IMG/VR virus record: IMGVR_UViG_3300031227_000332
Location: 1 to 27,353 of that record
Strand: one strand, 5' to 3'
Source: a virus
Lineage: Duplodnaviria > Caudoviricetes
Length of the DNA: 27,353 nt
This document shows, in pieces, positions 9,150 through 17,280 of the stretch. The position numbers and the translations under genes were made by a program. How positions within the stretch are numbered: position 1 is the first letter of the stretch; the number at the start of each line of letters is the position of its first letter. Under the pieces are notes generated by a model. It made no database searches and was not told the DNA's origin. It saw only the letters and a program-made list of their open reading frames with translations.

Positions 9150-11326
9150 AAAGAATATTATTAATACTTATCACGGCTTGTTTATTTGTGGTTTCTGGGT
9201 GTTATCCTGTATTAGCTGCTAATAAAATAACATTCCCAATAGGTTATTACCCAGACCCGACAAGAGGTAGACCAATCGCATTAGGTGAGCTATATATCGG
9301 TGATCCAGACACAGACCCTACGGTGGTTGTAAATCAAAAGACTGTAACAGCTTTGCAGGAAGATGGAACAGAAGTTGCGATATCTCAACCAATAAGTTTA
9401 AGTGCTGGTGGTGTTCCGGTTTATTTGGAAGTTCCTGTTAGTCTATTCACTGATGGTGATTATTCTTTAGCGGTTCTAAACTCAGGCGGTGACCAGAAAT
9501 ATTATGTTCCAAGCACAAAAGATGATAGCGCATTATCTACTAATTCCATTGAGAATATATTTGACATGGTTAGCATATCGGGGCAGTCAGAAGGTGATAC
9601 TGCCAGTGTCTTGGGATACTTTGATGCTACAGCAGGAGACACACCAATAGGCGGTGGTAATTTTGTATGGCAAGCTACAGCCAATAAAGGAACAGCAAAC
9701 GGTGGAACTATTATAGATCCAAGCAATATTGGTACTTTTGACGGTTCAATATCAACCAGGGACTCTTTTCTAGCCACACAGGGTACAGGAGTGGGGTCAG
9801 GTTGTTGGGTTAGACAAACACCATATGATTCATTGCTTTATATATTTGGTTGCGCTGGTGACGGTACTACCGATGATACGGCGGCAATTCAGGCAGCTTT
9901 TGACTCAATAACTTATAGTGGCGTTGTGTATACTGGCACAGGTACATTTGTTAAAGATACCGTTACTACAATTACAGGAAAATCAATAAAGGTCTACGGT
10001 GATGGTGCGGAATCCTCTATTTTTAAATGTGAAGACTCTAACGGTTTTACTATTACAAATACAGCATTAACGGATAAAGAACCTTTCATATTTTATAATA
10101 TAGGATTTGAATCTGACCAAGACGGCACAAGAACAGCTATTACGTTCAGCGGTCAAGATACGGGCGCACTTAAGGGTCAATTAGATGTTAGAAGCTGTGT
10201 ATTTTCAGGTATAAGTAATGCGACTTGTTGGGATATTGCCGTTTATATGTTAGAGGGTGATTTTTCTAACTTTGCTTTTAATTATTTTAAAGGCAGCCCA
10301 GCAACAAGAGAGAGTATGACACATGCTCTAAAACTAACTGATTCGGTAGATGTAAAGATTATTGGAAACTATTTCTATTGGATGGATGAAGCTATAAGCA
10401 TTGAGGGTGTATCAGAGGGAATAACTATAAAAGATTCACATTTCGTTCCAGTAACGTTTGGAATTGTCTCACCGACAACAGCGGGTAATTTGATTACTAT
10501 TGTTGATAATCATATTGCTGGTTTTGAAGGGGCAATAGCATTGGGAACAGATGGGGTTGATGCTGCTAATCTTAGTCATATAAGGGGCAATCTAATATTT
10601 AAACGTTCTGATTCAACTAATAATTTCACAGCCATTAGAATTGATGCGAATAAGGTAGAACTCTCTGGTAATGAAATCTTAATCACGGGTGCTGCCGCAG
10701 CTGGAGGTACTCAAAAAGGTATCGTCTTAGGCCCTGATGCTACAAGATGTAGAGTATACGGAAACAACATATATAATATGGATACTGCAATAGAATTAGA
10801 AGCACTTTCAACAAATAACTCTATTTTTGGTAATACATACGCAAACAACACTACCAACATAACTGATGCCGGAACGGAAACAATAAATCAAAACAATGAA
10901 ACTGGTAATACTGTAAGAGGTGCATTGGTATCTTATGCAGTTACTGAACAGGACATTGTTACAGCAACACCAACAGCGTTATCATGGACAAACGAAGTAC
11001 GAGATACAAACGCTATTTATTCAGCAGCAGCACCAACATTATTGACTGTACCTGCCGGGATAACACAAGTTAGGATTAAAGCTTTTATCTCATGGGAAAG
11101 TAATGCAACAGGAGATCGAACGGTTGATATACAGCACGAAAGTGCAAGCACTTTAAAAGGGTTAGTATCTAGCGTTATGGCAGCAGATGGTACAAGCACC
11201 GTTTCTTTAGCAACAGCAGTTTTAGAAGTTACACCGGGCGACGAGTTTAGAGTTGTTGTTACTCAGGACAGTGGTGGTAATTTAGAAATTGCCCTGTCAA
11301 CATGGTTTGAAATGATAATACAATAA
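9146..11326 (+). CDS. Tailspike: P22-type head-binding domain plus beta-helix, preceded by an N-terminal signal peptide
   Basis: GELYIGDPDTDP...NQ..V...QEDGT.V.ISQPI.L.AGG..VY...DGDYSLAVLN..G.Q matches the P22 tailspike head-binding domain. FGCAGDGTTDDTAAIQAAFD is the classic start of a pectate-lyase-like beta-helix, followed by Asn-ladder repeats. Confidence 0.9.
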   Translation: MKRILLILITACLFVVSGCYPVLAANKITFPIGYYPDPTRGRPIALGELYIGDPDTDPTVVVNQKTVTALQEDGTEVAISQPISLSAGGVPVYLEVPVSLFTDGDYSLAVLNSGGDQKYYVPSTKDDSALSTNSIENIFDMVSISGQSEGDTASVLGYFDATAGDTPIGGGNFVWQATANKGTANGGTIIDPSNIGTFDGSISTRDSFLATQGTGVGSGCWVRQTPYDSLLYIFGCAGDGTTDDTAAIQAAFDSITYSGVVYTGTGTFVKDTVTTITGKSIKVYGDGAESSIFKCEDSNGFTITNTALTDKEPFIFYNIGFESDQDGTRTAITFSGQDTGALKGQLDVRSCVFSGISNATCWDIAVYMLEGDFSNFAFNYFKGSPATRESMTHALKLTDSVDVKIIGNYFYWMDEAISIEGVSEGITIKDSHFVPVTFGIVSPTTAGNLITIVDNHIAGFEGAIALGTDGVDAANLSHIRGNLIFKRSDSTNNFTAIRIDANKVELSGNEILITGAAAAGGTQKGIVLGPDATRCRVYGNNIYNMDTAIELEALSTNNSIFGNTYANNTTNITDAGTETINQNNETGNTVRGALVSYAVTEQDIVTATPTALSWTNEVRDTNAIYSAAAPTLLTVPAGITQVRIKAFISWESNATGDRTVDIQHESASTLKGLVSSVMAADGTSTVSLATAVLEVTPGDEFRVVVTQDSGGNLEIALSTWFEMIIQ

Positions 11327-11340
11327 TAAGGAGAACAGAG

Positions 11341-11814
11341 ATGAAAAGATTAGTATTAGTAATTATGATGATGGTTTTATTGATATGTTTTGTTCATAGT
11401 AATTCATATGCAGCAGCAACATTAGAACCAATTGACAACGAGTATCCTTCAGGTACAGATGATGAAAACAAGGTTTTTGTTCTAAATTCAGTTGATGGTA
11501 TTGTGGCAGGAGCGGCAGATGAAGTCTTTAAATTTCGATCATATTCTGAGTCCGGTAAAATTAAGAGAGTTATTTTCTTATCTCAAAGTATCGATTGTGA
11601 TGTTTGGCTGAGTCTGACAGATGGACAAACGATAACCAGTGCCGAAACTATTTATAGCTATGAGAATTGTAATTTAGGCTTCATGTCAACCGATCTTGAT
11701 GTTGATTACTATAACCCAAGTGGTGAGACTGGCGCATTTCTTTACTTTACAATATCCAACACGACCACAAGTATTACAAGTTGGACGTTAATAATCATCT
11801 ATGAGGTGGGCTAA
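11341..11814 (+). CDS. Hypothetical beta-rich protein with signal peptide
   Basis: MKR + hydrophobic core + SYA|A cleavage-like site; mature part beta-rich and acidic. Confidence 0.7.
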   Translation: MKRLVLVIMMMVLLICFVHSNSYAAATLEPIDNEYPSGTDDENKVFVLNSVDGIVAGAADEVFKFRSYSESGKIKRVIFLSQSIDCDVWLSLTDGQTITSAETIYSYENCNLGFMSTDLDVDYYNPSGETGAFLYFTISNTTTSITSWTLIIIYEVG

Positions 11815-12500
11815 TGAAAAAGATATTTTTAACTATTGTTCTATTGTTCTTATGTTCTGTTTGTTTCGCAGGGCAAGGTAGACCTGAACCTGATGGCAAA
11901 AACACCTATGCAGAACTTGGTGAAGATGCTAATTTTGAAAGTATTACTACAACTGGAGACATAACGGCTGGTGGTACTACCTCACAATATACTGGATATT
12001 ATGGTAATACGCTAACTAACACAGCAGAGGATGTCTGGGAGTTAGATGGTGCTTTAACCTTACTTACCCAACCAATAACAAATGGTGATTCAATATATTA
12101 TAGTGCTTCAAAGGCATTGGGAGGTACCAGTGCAACGGTAACATCTGTTTTAGATTTTGCAATAACTGAGGATAGAGCAATAGGCGGAACGATCAATTAT
12201 ACAGTTACAGTGGCTCAGTTTGCTGATTTTGTAGTAACAGCTTTACAATCTGAAACAGGTGTGCTTACTTACTCGGCCTATAATCTTGGCGGAACGGTGG
12301 CGTACACTTTGGATGAAGTGGCAACCCCAACGGATGCGGTTTCTGCAGGCACAATAGCACCTGTGATTGCTTTTACCGCTCTTGCTGGCGGTATGACATT
12401 AACATCAACATTTGGATCAAATCTTGCCGGTGTGCTATTTCCGACTATTACTCTTTCAGTAACACAAAATGGATTGACCGCCACAATAACTGAGCACTAA
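11814..12500 (+). CDS. Hypothetical Thr-rich (fibre-like) protein with signal peptide
   Basis: MKKIFLTIVLLFLCSVCFA|G; TAATG coupling; Thr/Gly-rich beta composition. Confidence 0.7.
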   Translation: MKKIFLTIVLLFLCSVCFAGQGRPEPDGKNTYAELGEDANFESITTTGDITAGGTTSQYTGYYGNTLTNTAEDVWELDGALTLLTQPITNGDSIYYSASKALGGTSATVTSVLDFAITEDRAIGGTINYTVTVAQFADFVVTALQSETGVLTYSAYNLGGTVAYTLDEVATPTDAVSAGTIAPVIAFTALAGGMTLTSTFGSNLAGVLFPTITLSVTQNGLTATITEH

Positions 12501-12512
12501 TAAGGATAGGAA

Positions 12513-13352
12513 ATGAAATACGTATTAACAATATTAATTTTATTTTACTCGTCATTAGGTATAGCGAATACAATAGAACGGTCAACAATAAGTCGTTCTA
12601 TGATAGGAAATCCTAATAGAATACTAATAACTGGCGATAGTCTTGCGTCTGGAACGGGCAGTTCAACATCTTGGGTTAAGCTGTTGTCACAGGAAATAGG
12701 CAATAGTTTTTATTTTGTTGGTGAATGGGGTAGAGACAATGGGACAACAGCTACTTCAGAAATGACACACGAAAGCCGCTTGTATGATCTAGGTTATACT
12801 TGGGATGGTTTCGGAAATTCTGGCCATTCAGCATGGGGAGGAACAGCAGCGGCTCATGTAATTACGGATAGAAATATTTTGACCAGAGTTGAAGACGAAG
12901 GGATTATTGAAAAATGGTTTCCAAATCCAACGACACGCACAGGCGATCTTGTTATAATGGAGGTTGGCACTAATGATGTAACCACATTTGGTGAAACCGC
13001 AGCATTTACGGTCACCAATGGTTTTGATCCATTTGTTACTCATGTTAAAAGTGTAAGTGCTAATATTACAACCGTAATTCTTTCACCAGCCCTATATTCT
13101 AATCCCGGAAATGCAACATTGGAAACAAGGTGGAACAATAACCTTAATGACCTAAATGACGCACTCGTAACTTTTGCAGGTGCTGAAGATGATGTTGAAT
13201 ATATAGATATAAGAACCTCTCTTGAGTCTTGCTGGACAGCTTGGGCAGATGGAACTTGTACCTCCGATGGTCTGCACCCAAATAATTCAGGTGCAATTCT
13301 TATGTATAATAGTGTTTTATCTGGTCTTCAGAGGCTTGGTTTAATAGATTAG
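12513..13352 (+). CDS. SGNH/GDSL hydrolase (esterase/deacetylase) with signal peptide
   Basis: Blocks ITGDSLASG (Ser), SAWGG, EVGTND (Asn) and DGLHPN (Asp/His); N-terminal MKY + hydrophobic core + GIA|N. Confidence 0.85.
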   Translation: MKYVLTILILFYSSLGIANTIERSTISRSMIGNPNRILITGDSLASGTGSSTSWVKLLSQEIGNSFYFVGEWGRDNGTTATSEMTHESRLYDLGYTWDGFGNSGHSAWGGTAAAHVITDRNILTRVEDEGIIEKWFPNPTTRTGDLVIMEVGTNDVTTFGETAAFTVTNGFDPFVTHVKSVSANITTVILSPALYSNPGNATLETRWNNNLNDLNDALVTFAGAEDDVEYIDIRTSLESCWTAWADGTCTSDGLHPNNSGAILMYNSVLSGLQRLGLID

Positions 13353-13386
13353 CAGTTAATAATTAACCTTTAACAGAAAGAATATC

Positions 13387-13671
13387 ATGACAACTTGCGA
13401 TCAACATGGAAAACTGAGTAATAAGTTGAGTTGGATTTACGGTGTATTATGGGGATGTGTAGCGTTGATCGGTGTTGGTATTGGTGCAATAGGATATACT
13501 ACTATTTACACAATAAACAAAGTTGATGAAGTTGTTTTGACTGTTAGCGAGGTTAGGGTAGATATGGCTGGCGTTAAAACAGAGCTTAAGATATTTAATC
13601 GAAACGCTGGCTGTAAGGGTTCAATCTCTTCAATGGTGGCTACAAATGAAGATATTCGACAAAGGCTTTAA
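13387..13671 (+). CDS. Holin-like single-pass membrane protein
   Basis: One hydrophobic segment (WIYGVLWGCVALIGVGIGAIGY) followed by a coiled coil; overlaps the endolysin start. Confidence 0.5.
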   Translation: MTTCDQHGKLSNKLSWIYGVLWGCVALIGVGIGAIGYTTIYTINKVDEVVLTVSEVRVDMAGVKTELKIFNRNAGCKGSISSMVATNEDIRQRL

Positions 13672-13996
13672 CAGATATGAGTTTGCCTGTAAGTGTGGGT
13701 GCGGTTTTGATACCGTTGATGCCGAACTTCTTTATATCTTAGAGATCTTAAAAAAAGAACTCGGCGGTGTTGTGAAGATAAATTCTGGATGCCGGTGCTT
13801 GGCCCACAATAAAGTTGTTGGTGGTCTGGATGATTCACAGCATCTTTGTTCAAAAGCTTCAGATATTGTTATCAGTGGTTTAAGTCCGAAGGTAGTTTAT
13901 GACTATTTAGTTTTAAGATTCCCAGGGAAATATGGTATGGGAAAGTATAAAACCTTCACACATATAGACGTAAGAGATAAAATGGCGAGGTGGTAA
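13646..13996 (+). CDS. Endolysin, peptidase M15A family
   Basis: FACKCGCG, INSGCRC..HN..VGG...SQH....ASDI, GMGKYKTFTHIDVR: Zn-ligand motifs of Peptidase_M15_3-type phage lysins. Confidence 0.9.
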   Translation: MKIFDKGFNRYEFACKCGCGFDTVDAELLYILEILKKELGGVVKINSGCRCLAHNKVVGGLDDSQHLCSKASDIVISGLSPKVVYDYLVLRFPGKYGMGKYKTFTHIDVRDKMARW

Positions 13997-14322
13997 TGAG
14001 AGTTCTATATGGTAATATGTGGGTTGATCCTATATTTAAAATGATGTCCTATCCTGAATTGCTTGATATTTCTAATGGTTGTGGAAAAGCAGGGATAACT
14101 TCACTCACGCCCAATTCTTTTTTTGGATTGAATATAACTAGATGTTGACGGGTACACGATTACGACTTCGGTTTCGGAGACAACAATCACCGTGCAAACA
14201 AATGGTTACTTGTTAATCTTGCAAGACGTATTAAACACAACACTAAAAAGAAATGGCTAAGGAAATTAAGACTGTCCTTAGCCAAACTTTATTATTTTTC
14301 AGTTGAGAAGTGGGGGCATTAA
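13996..14322 (+). CDS. Phospholipase A2-like lysis-cassette protein with in-frame TGA at codon 51 (candidate selenoprotein, or pseudogene)
   Basis: Not in ORF track. TAATG coupling to endolysin. Translation MRVLYGNMWVDPIFKMMSYPELLDISNGCGKAGITSLTPNSFFGLNITRC*RVHDYDFGFGDNNHRANKWLLVNLARRIKHNTKKKWLRKLRLSLAKLYYFSVEKWGH; NGCG and CCxxHD-type motif. Confidence 0.75.
14149..14194 (+). promoter_or_regulatory. Candidate bacterial SECIS hairpin directly 3' of TGA 14146-14148
   Basis: Apical stem CTTCG(14166-70)/CGGAG(14175-79) with GTTT loop; lower pairings GATT/AATC and CAC/GTG. Confidence 0.5.
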
Positions 14323-14327
14323 GTTTT

Positions 14328-14681
14328 TTATTGCATTTCTAACATTTCTAATATTTTTTTATTATACCCACATCCGTCTGAAAACCAATATAAAAACTTA
14401 GATTCCATGTAAACCTCGCATCTTTCAAGTTCTCCGTTGTAGTCTGCCATTCTGTCAATATATAAATCTTTGTCGTTTGCTTTTTTTAAAGTCATCGCTT
14501 CCATTCTCAGTTGTTTAAGCTCTGGGTATATATCTGCTCCACTACCGAAATTTACAATAAACGCGAAAAAGAAAATAACTCCTAAAAGACCAGAAAAAAA
14601 ACAGATTGGGGTTTCGTTAAAACTTGATACCGTTAGTGATGATAACGTTATAAAAATAATACTTAGAAATAAATACGCCAT
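14328..14681 (-). CDS. Hypothetical membrane protein
   Basis: Two N-terminal hydrophobic segments; AGGAG RBS. Confidence 0.7.
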   Translation of the reverse strand: MAYLFLSIIFITLSSLTVSSFNETPICFFSGLLGVIFFFAFIVNFGSGADIYPELKQLRMEAMTLKKANDKDLYIDRMADYNGELERCEVYMESKFLYWFSDGCGYNKKILEMLEMQ

Positions 14682-14698
14682 AACTTTCTCCTATTCTG

Positions 14699-14899
14699 TT
14701 AAAGTTTAGTGCCGGCTAATATCTCAACACTATCTAATGGGTCAATTAATTCAACCTTTGTTTTACTTTCTGTACGTTCTCTTTTGATGGTAATATCCCT
14801 TGCAATAACACCCATATATTCCACTTCACCAATATGAATATCCTTGTCAAGTACGTTGATAATGCTTTCAACTATGTCTGATATTATTGGTATTTTCAT
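14699..14899 (-). CDS. Hypothetical protein
   Basis: ATGA overlap with upstream gene; AAGGA RBS. Confidence 0.65.
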   Translation of the reverse strand: MKIPIISDIVESIINVLDKDIHIGEVEYMGVIARDITIKRERTESKTKVELIDPLDSVEILAGTKL

Positions 14900-15180
14900 A
14901 CTATATCCTTTCTATTGTCCATCATTGTTTGCACCTTGTTTGGGATAGTCTTATCTTCTTTCCACATTATCCATTTCTTTTCTGAAACTTCCTGTACTAC
15001 AAACGGTATTCCTTCTGCTCTAAATCTATCAGCCCAATGGTTTTTAATACGCATATCCTCAGAGGAGTTTGGATTTAGTGCAACGGTGAAGTCTGTTAAT
15101 TTCAGGCCATTAAGTGAGCCGAAGCTTTCAATGATATCATCTAAATCATCAATGTATATGTCTTCATGTCTAGTGTTCAT
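14896..15180 (-). CDS. Hypothetical protein
   Basis: AAGGA precedes ATG at 15180 (alternative start 15195); operon continuity. Confidence 0.65.
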   Translation of the reverse strand: MNTRHEDIYIDDLDDIIESFGSLNGLKLTDFTVALNPNSSEDMRIKNHWADRFRAEGIPFVVQEVSEKKWIMWKEDKTIPNKVQTMMDNRKDIV

Positions 15181-15201
15181 TTTTCTTCCTTTCATGTTCG
15201 A

Positions 15202-15603
15202 TTATAAACCTAAACTTTTAGCGGATTCTTTTGAAATGTAAACAATCTTTCCGTTCGCCTCGACACACACCATATTATTTGTAAATATCTGTTCGTAAAC
15301 ATACCGTAATGAACAACCATCCAGTTTTACAGCCTCCATACAAATAGCCTCGGTCTGTTCGGAAACATACCGTAATGAATAACCATTCTGTTTTACAGCC
15401 GCCATACAAATAGCCTCGGTCTGTTCTGAAACATACTGTAATGAATCACCATTCTGTTTTACAGCCGCCATACAAATAGCCTCGGTCTGTTCGGAAACAT
15501 ACCGTAATGAATAACCATCCTGTTTTACAGCCTCCATTGCCTCTCTTCCGCACAATGTTTTTTTGAGATTTAAACTTTTCCATTTTTCATAATACTTTTT
15601 CAT
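15202..15603 (-). CDS. DUF4116-like helical repeat protein
   Basis: About four 22-aa repeats EAICMAAVKQNGYSLRYVSEQT; AGGAG RBS. Confidence 0.8.
   Translation of the reverse strand: MKKYYEKWKSLNLKKTLCGREAMEAVKQDGYSLRYVSEQTEAICMAAVKQNGDSLQYVSEQTEAICMAAVKQNGYSLRYVSEQTEAICMEAVKLDGCSLRYVYEQIFTNNMVCVEANGKIVYISKESAKSLGL
15288..15537 (-). repeat. 66-bp coding tandem repeat, about 3.8 copies, near-identical at DNA level
   Basis: catacaaatagcctcggtctgttc recurs every 66 bp. Confidence 0.9.
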
Positions 15604-15617
15604 TTTAGTCTCCTTGT

Positions 15618-15878
15618 TTAGTTTTTGTTATTATGCTCAACTATCTCTTTAAGTTTTATTCCGAAATGGTTACATATTGCCGTTGATCTTTCATCAAATA
15701 CTTTAACCATGTGCGTTAATGCTTCATTCTTTTTCTGCAATATTAATATCTGTTGTTCGTCTTGTGTGATACGGAATTCAAGGGCCTCCATTGTGTTCGT
15801 ATTACCATTAGTGCTTTCTATGGCGAGTAGTAAACCAAGAGTGATTATAAGCACTATGAATAATATAAAGTATTTCAT
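15618..15878 (-). CDS. Hypothetical protein, N-terminal membrane/signal segment plus coiled coil
   Basis: MKYFILFIVLIITLGLLLA; ATGA overlap gives start 15878. Confidence 0.65.
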   Translation of the reverse strand: MKYFILFIVLIITLGLLLAIESTNGNTNTMEALEFRITQDEQQILILQKKNEALTHMVKVFDERSTAICNHFGIKLKEIVEHNNKN

Positions 15879-16165
15879 TTTATTTCCTCGCAATTATTAA
15901 ATCCTGACAAGTCTGGCTTTTCATCTGGAATTATAAACTCTAATTCATTATTATTATTACAGCCCTTATACATTACAATCTCTCTAGCTTTTACAGATGC
16001 AACAAGTTTACTACCACCCCCACAGTGACAGGATCTAACCTCTATGGTTGCATTATCAATTTGTTTACCGTTTACGTCTTTGGCTATCATGTAGACAACA
16101 TCTTCAGCGTAACATAATGATAGTAATCCAAAAACTAGTAACATAGTAATAATATATTTCATCAT
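15875..16165 (-). CDS. Hypothetical exported protein
   Basis: MMKYIITMLLVFGLLSLCYA|E signal peptide; ATGA overlap. Confidence 0.65.
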   Translation of the reverse strand: MMKYIITMLLVFGLLSLCYAEDVVYMIAKDVNGKQIDNATIEVRSCHCGGGSKLVASVKAREIVMYKGCNNNNELEFIIPDEKPDLSGFNNCEEIK

Positions 16166-16470
16166 TCACCTTCCTTCATGTCTTTTAAATCTTGGAGTTG
16201 TCTTATTTCTGGGAAAGATAGCATAAAGTCAGAAACTTCTTCACCGTCTAAAATATCAGTCATAGCTTCAAATCTTGAAACTAGTAAAACAAAAGCGCTT
16301 CTATCTTCTGATATGGATTGTTCGAGTATGAGTTGGTCTAAAAAACATTTTAGCCTTCGAGAAGTTCTAGCCTTTCCTCGATTTTTGGGCAACTCTAACG
16401 GGCAACCAAAGCACGTCTGCCTATTAGCACACCCCAATCTAATCTCCACCATCTCTTGTGTTGTCATCAT
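16162..16470 (-). CDS. Hypothetical protein with N-terminal Cys cluster
   Basis: C-x5-C-x2-CP motif; GGGGTGA RBS. Confidence 0.65.
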   Translation of the reverse strand: MMTTQEMVEIRLGCANRQTCFGCPLELPKNRGKARTSRRLKCFLDQLILEQSISEDRSAFVLLVSRFEAMTDILDGEEVSDFMLSFPEIRQLQDLKDMKEGE

Positions 16471-16493
16471 TCACCCCTTTCACTGAAAATTTA

Positions 16494-16559
16494 GGTGGGG
16501 CCACTCGAAAAGTTATAACCTCGCCCATTTCAAAAGCGTAAAAACTGGTCGACCCCACC
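16494..16559 (-). promoter_or_regulatory. Intergenic stem-loop, type B copy 1
   Basis: Minus strand GGTGGGGTC...GGCCCCACC closing stem enclosing about 48 nt, just upstream of an RBS. Confidence 0.6.
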
Positions 16560-16566
16560 ATTGTTA

Positions 16567-16818
16567 TTAAAAATGACAATCATCTGCCTTCGGTCTCCAA
16601 GTATCAACAGACAAATAATACTTTCCGCTGTCTCTACCTTTTTTAATATCTAAACTAAGATATTTCTTTCCATTGTTTCCTATCTTTATAAAATCCTTGG
16701 CCTCATTAACTAAGAAATCTGTGAATCCTTCTAATTCAACATCGAGCTTGATTAATTCACCATATTGTGTTTCAACTGTTTTCACAAAAATTCCCTTTAC
16801 AAATACCGTGTCAGCCAT
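16567..16818 (-). CDS. Small phage protein, possible ssDNA-binding (OB-like)
   Basis: Beta-rich, LSLDIKKGR..GKYY...DTWRP motif, acidic tail ending in Phe; same operon as the Sak4-like gene. Confidence 0.45.
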   Translation of the reverse strand: MADTVFVKGIFVKTVETQYGELIKLDVELEGFTDFLVNEAKDFIKIGNNGKKYLSLDIKKGRDSGKYYLSVDTWRPKADDCHF

Positions 16819-17027
16819 TATTTCTCCTTATTTGATAAATCATCCTGTTCTGTTTCGAAAAATGTATCCATCCAATATCTTAAAACAACATTTGATTGTG
16901 TTTTGTCAAGAATTGGAAATGCTTCTTTAACATAAGGGCTTGCACCAAACATATTAGTTGTCCCAGATTCACGTAAAGAATCGAGATATTCCAACATTTT
17001 GTCAGTTATAAATTTTGGTCTTTTCAT
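16818..17027 (-). CDS. Conserved small phage protein (LRESG.TNMF motif, DUF5049-like)
   Basis: YLDSLRESGTTNMFGA.PY; TAATG coupling. Confidence 0.6.
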   Translation of the reverse strand: MKRPKFITDKMLEYLDSLRESGTTNMFGASPYVKEAFPILDKTQSNVVLRYWMDTFFETEQDDLSNKEK

Positions 17028-17242
17028 TATTTCTTCTCCTTTGGTGATTTTCTTATTATATCAGTCAATCCCATTAACCAGTTTAACCTGATATTTCCCT
17101 TGTCAAGCTTTGATACGGTTACTACTTTACGGCATTTACATTTTTGGCATTCGTAATATACCTGGTATCCGATTGAATACTTGATTTCCCACTTGCACCA
17201 GATTAAACATTGTTTATCTTCTGGCTGTACTGTTACTATCAT
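17027..17242 (-). CDS. Hypothetical Cys-containing protein
   Basis: GGAGG RBS; CxxC motif. Confidence 0.6.
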   Translation of the reverse strand: MIVTVQPEDKQCLIWCKWEIKYSIGYQVYYECQKCKCRKVVTVSKLDKGNIRLNWLMGLTDIIRKSPKEKK

Positions 17243-17280
17243 TTTACCTCCTTAAATCGATTATTATTTTATTAGTGCCA

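Noticed and set aside
1533-13043. Minus-strand ORFs in the late region (e.g. 5085-5603, 8231-8932)
   Set aside because: Antisense shadows of long plus-strand genes, with no recognisable motifs.
281-13352. Diversity-generating retroelement targeting tail genes
   Set aside because: No reverse transcriptase and no adenine-variant template/variable repeat pair seen in the window.
13353-13386. Terminator after the SGNH gene (GTTAAT-A-ATTAAC)
   Set aside because: AT-rich palindrome with a 1-nt centre and no proper U-tract; too weak to call.
15288-15537. CRISPR-like array
   Set aside because: Contiguous 66-bp in-frame coding repeats with no unique spacers and no cas genes.
15618-16165. Spanin pair (TM coiled-coil protein plus Cys-containing exported protein)
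   Set aside because: Located in the early leftward operon, and LSLC is not a good lipobox (signal peptidase I site CYA|E fits better).
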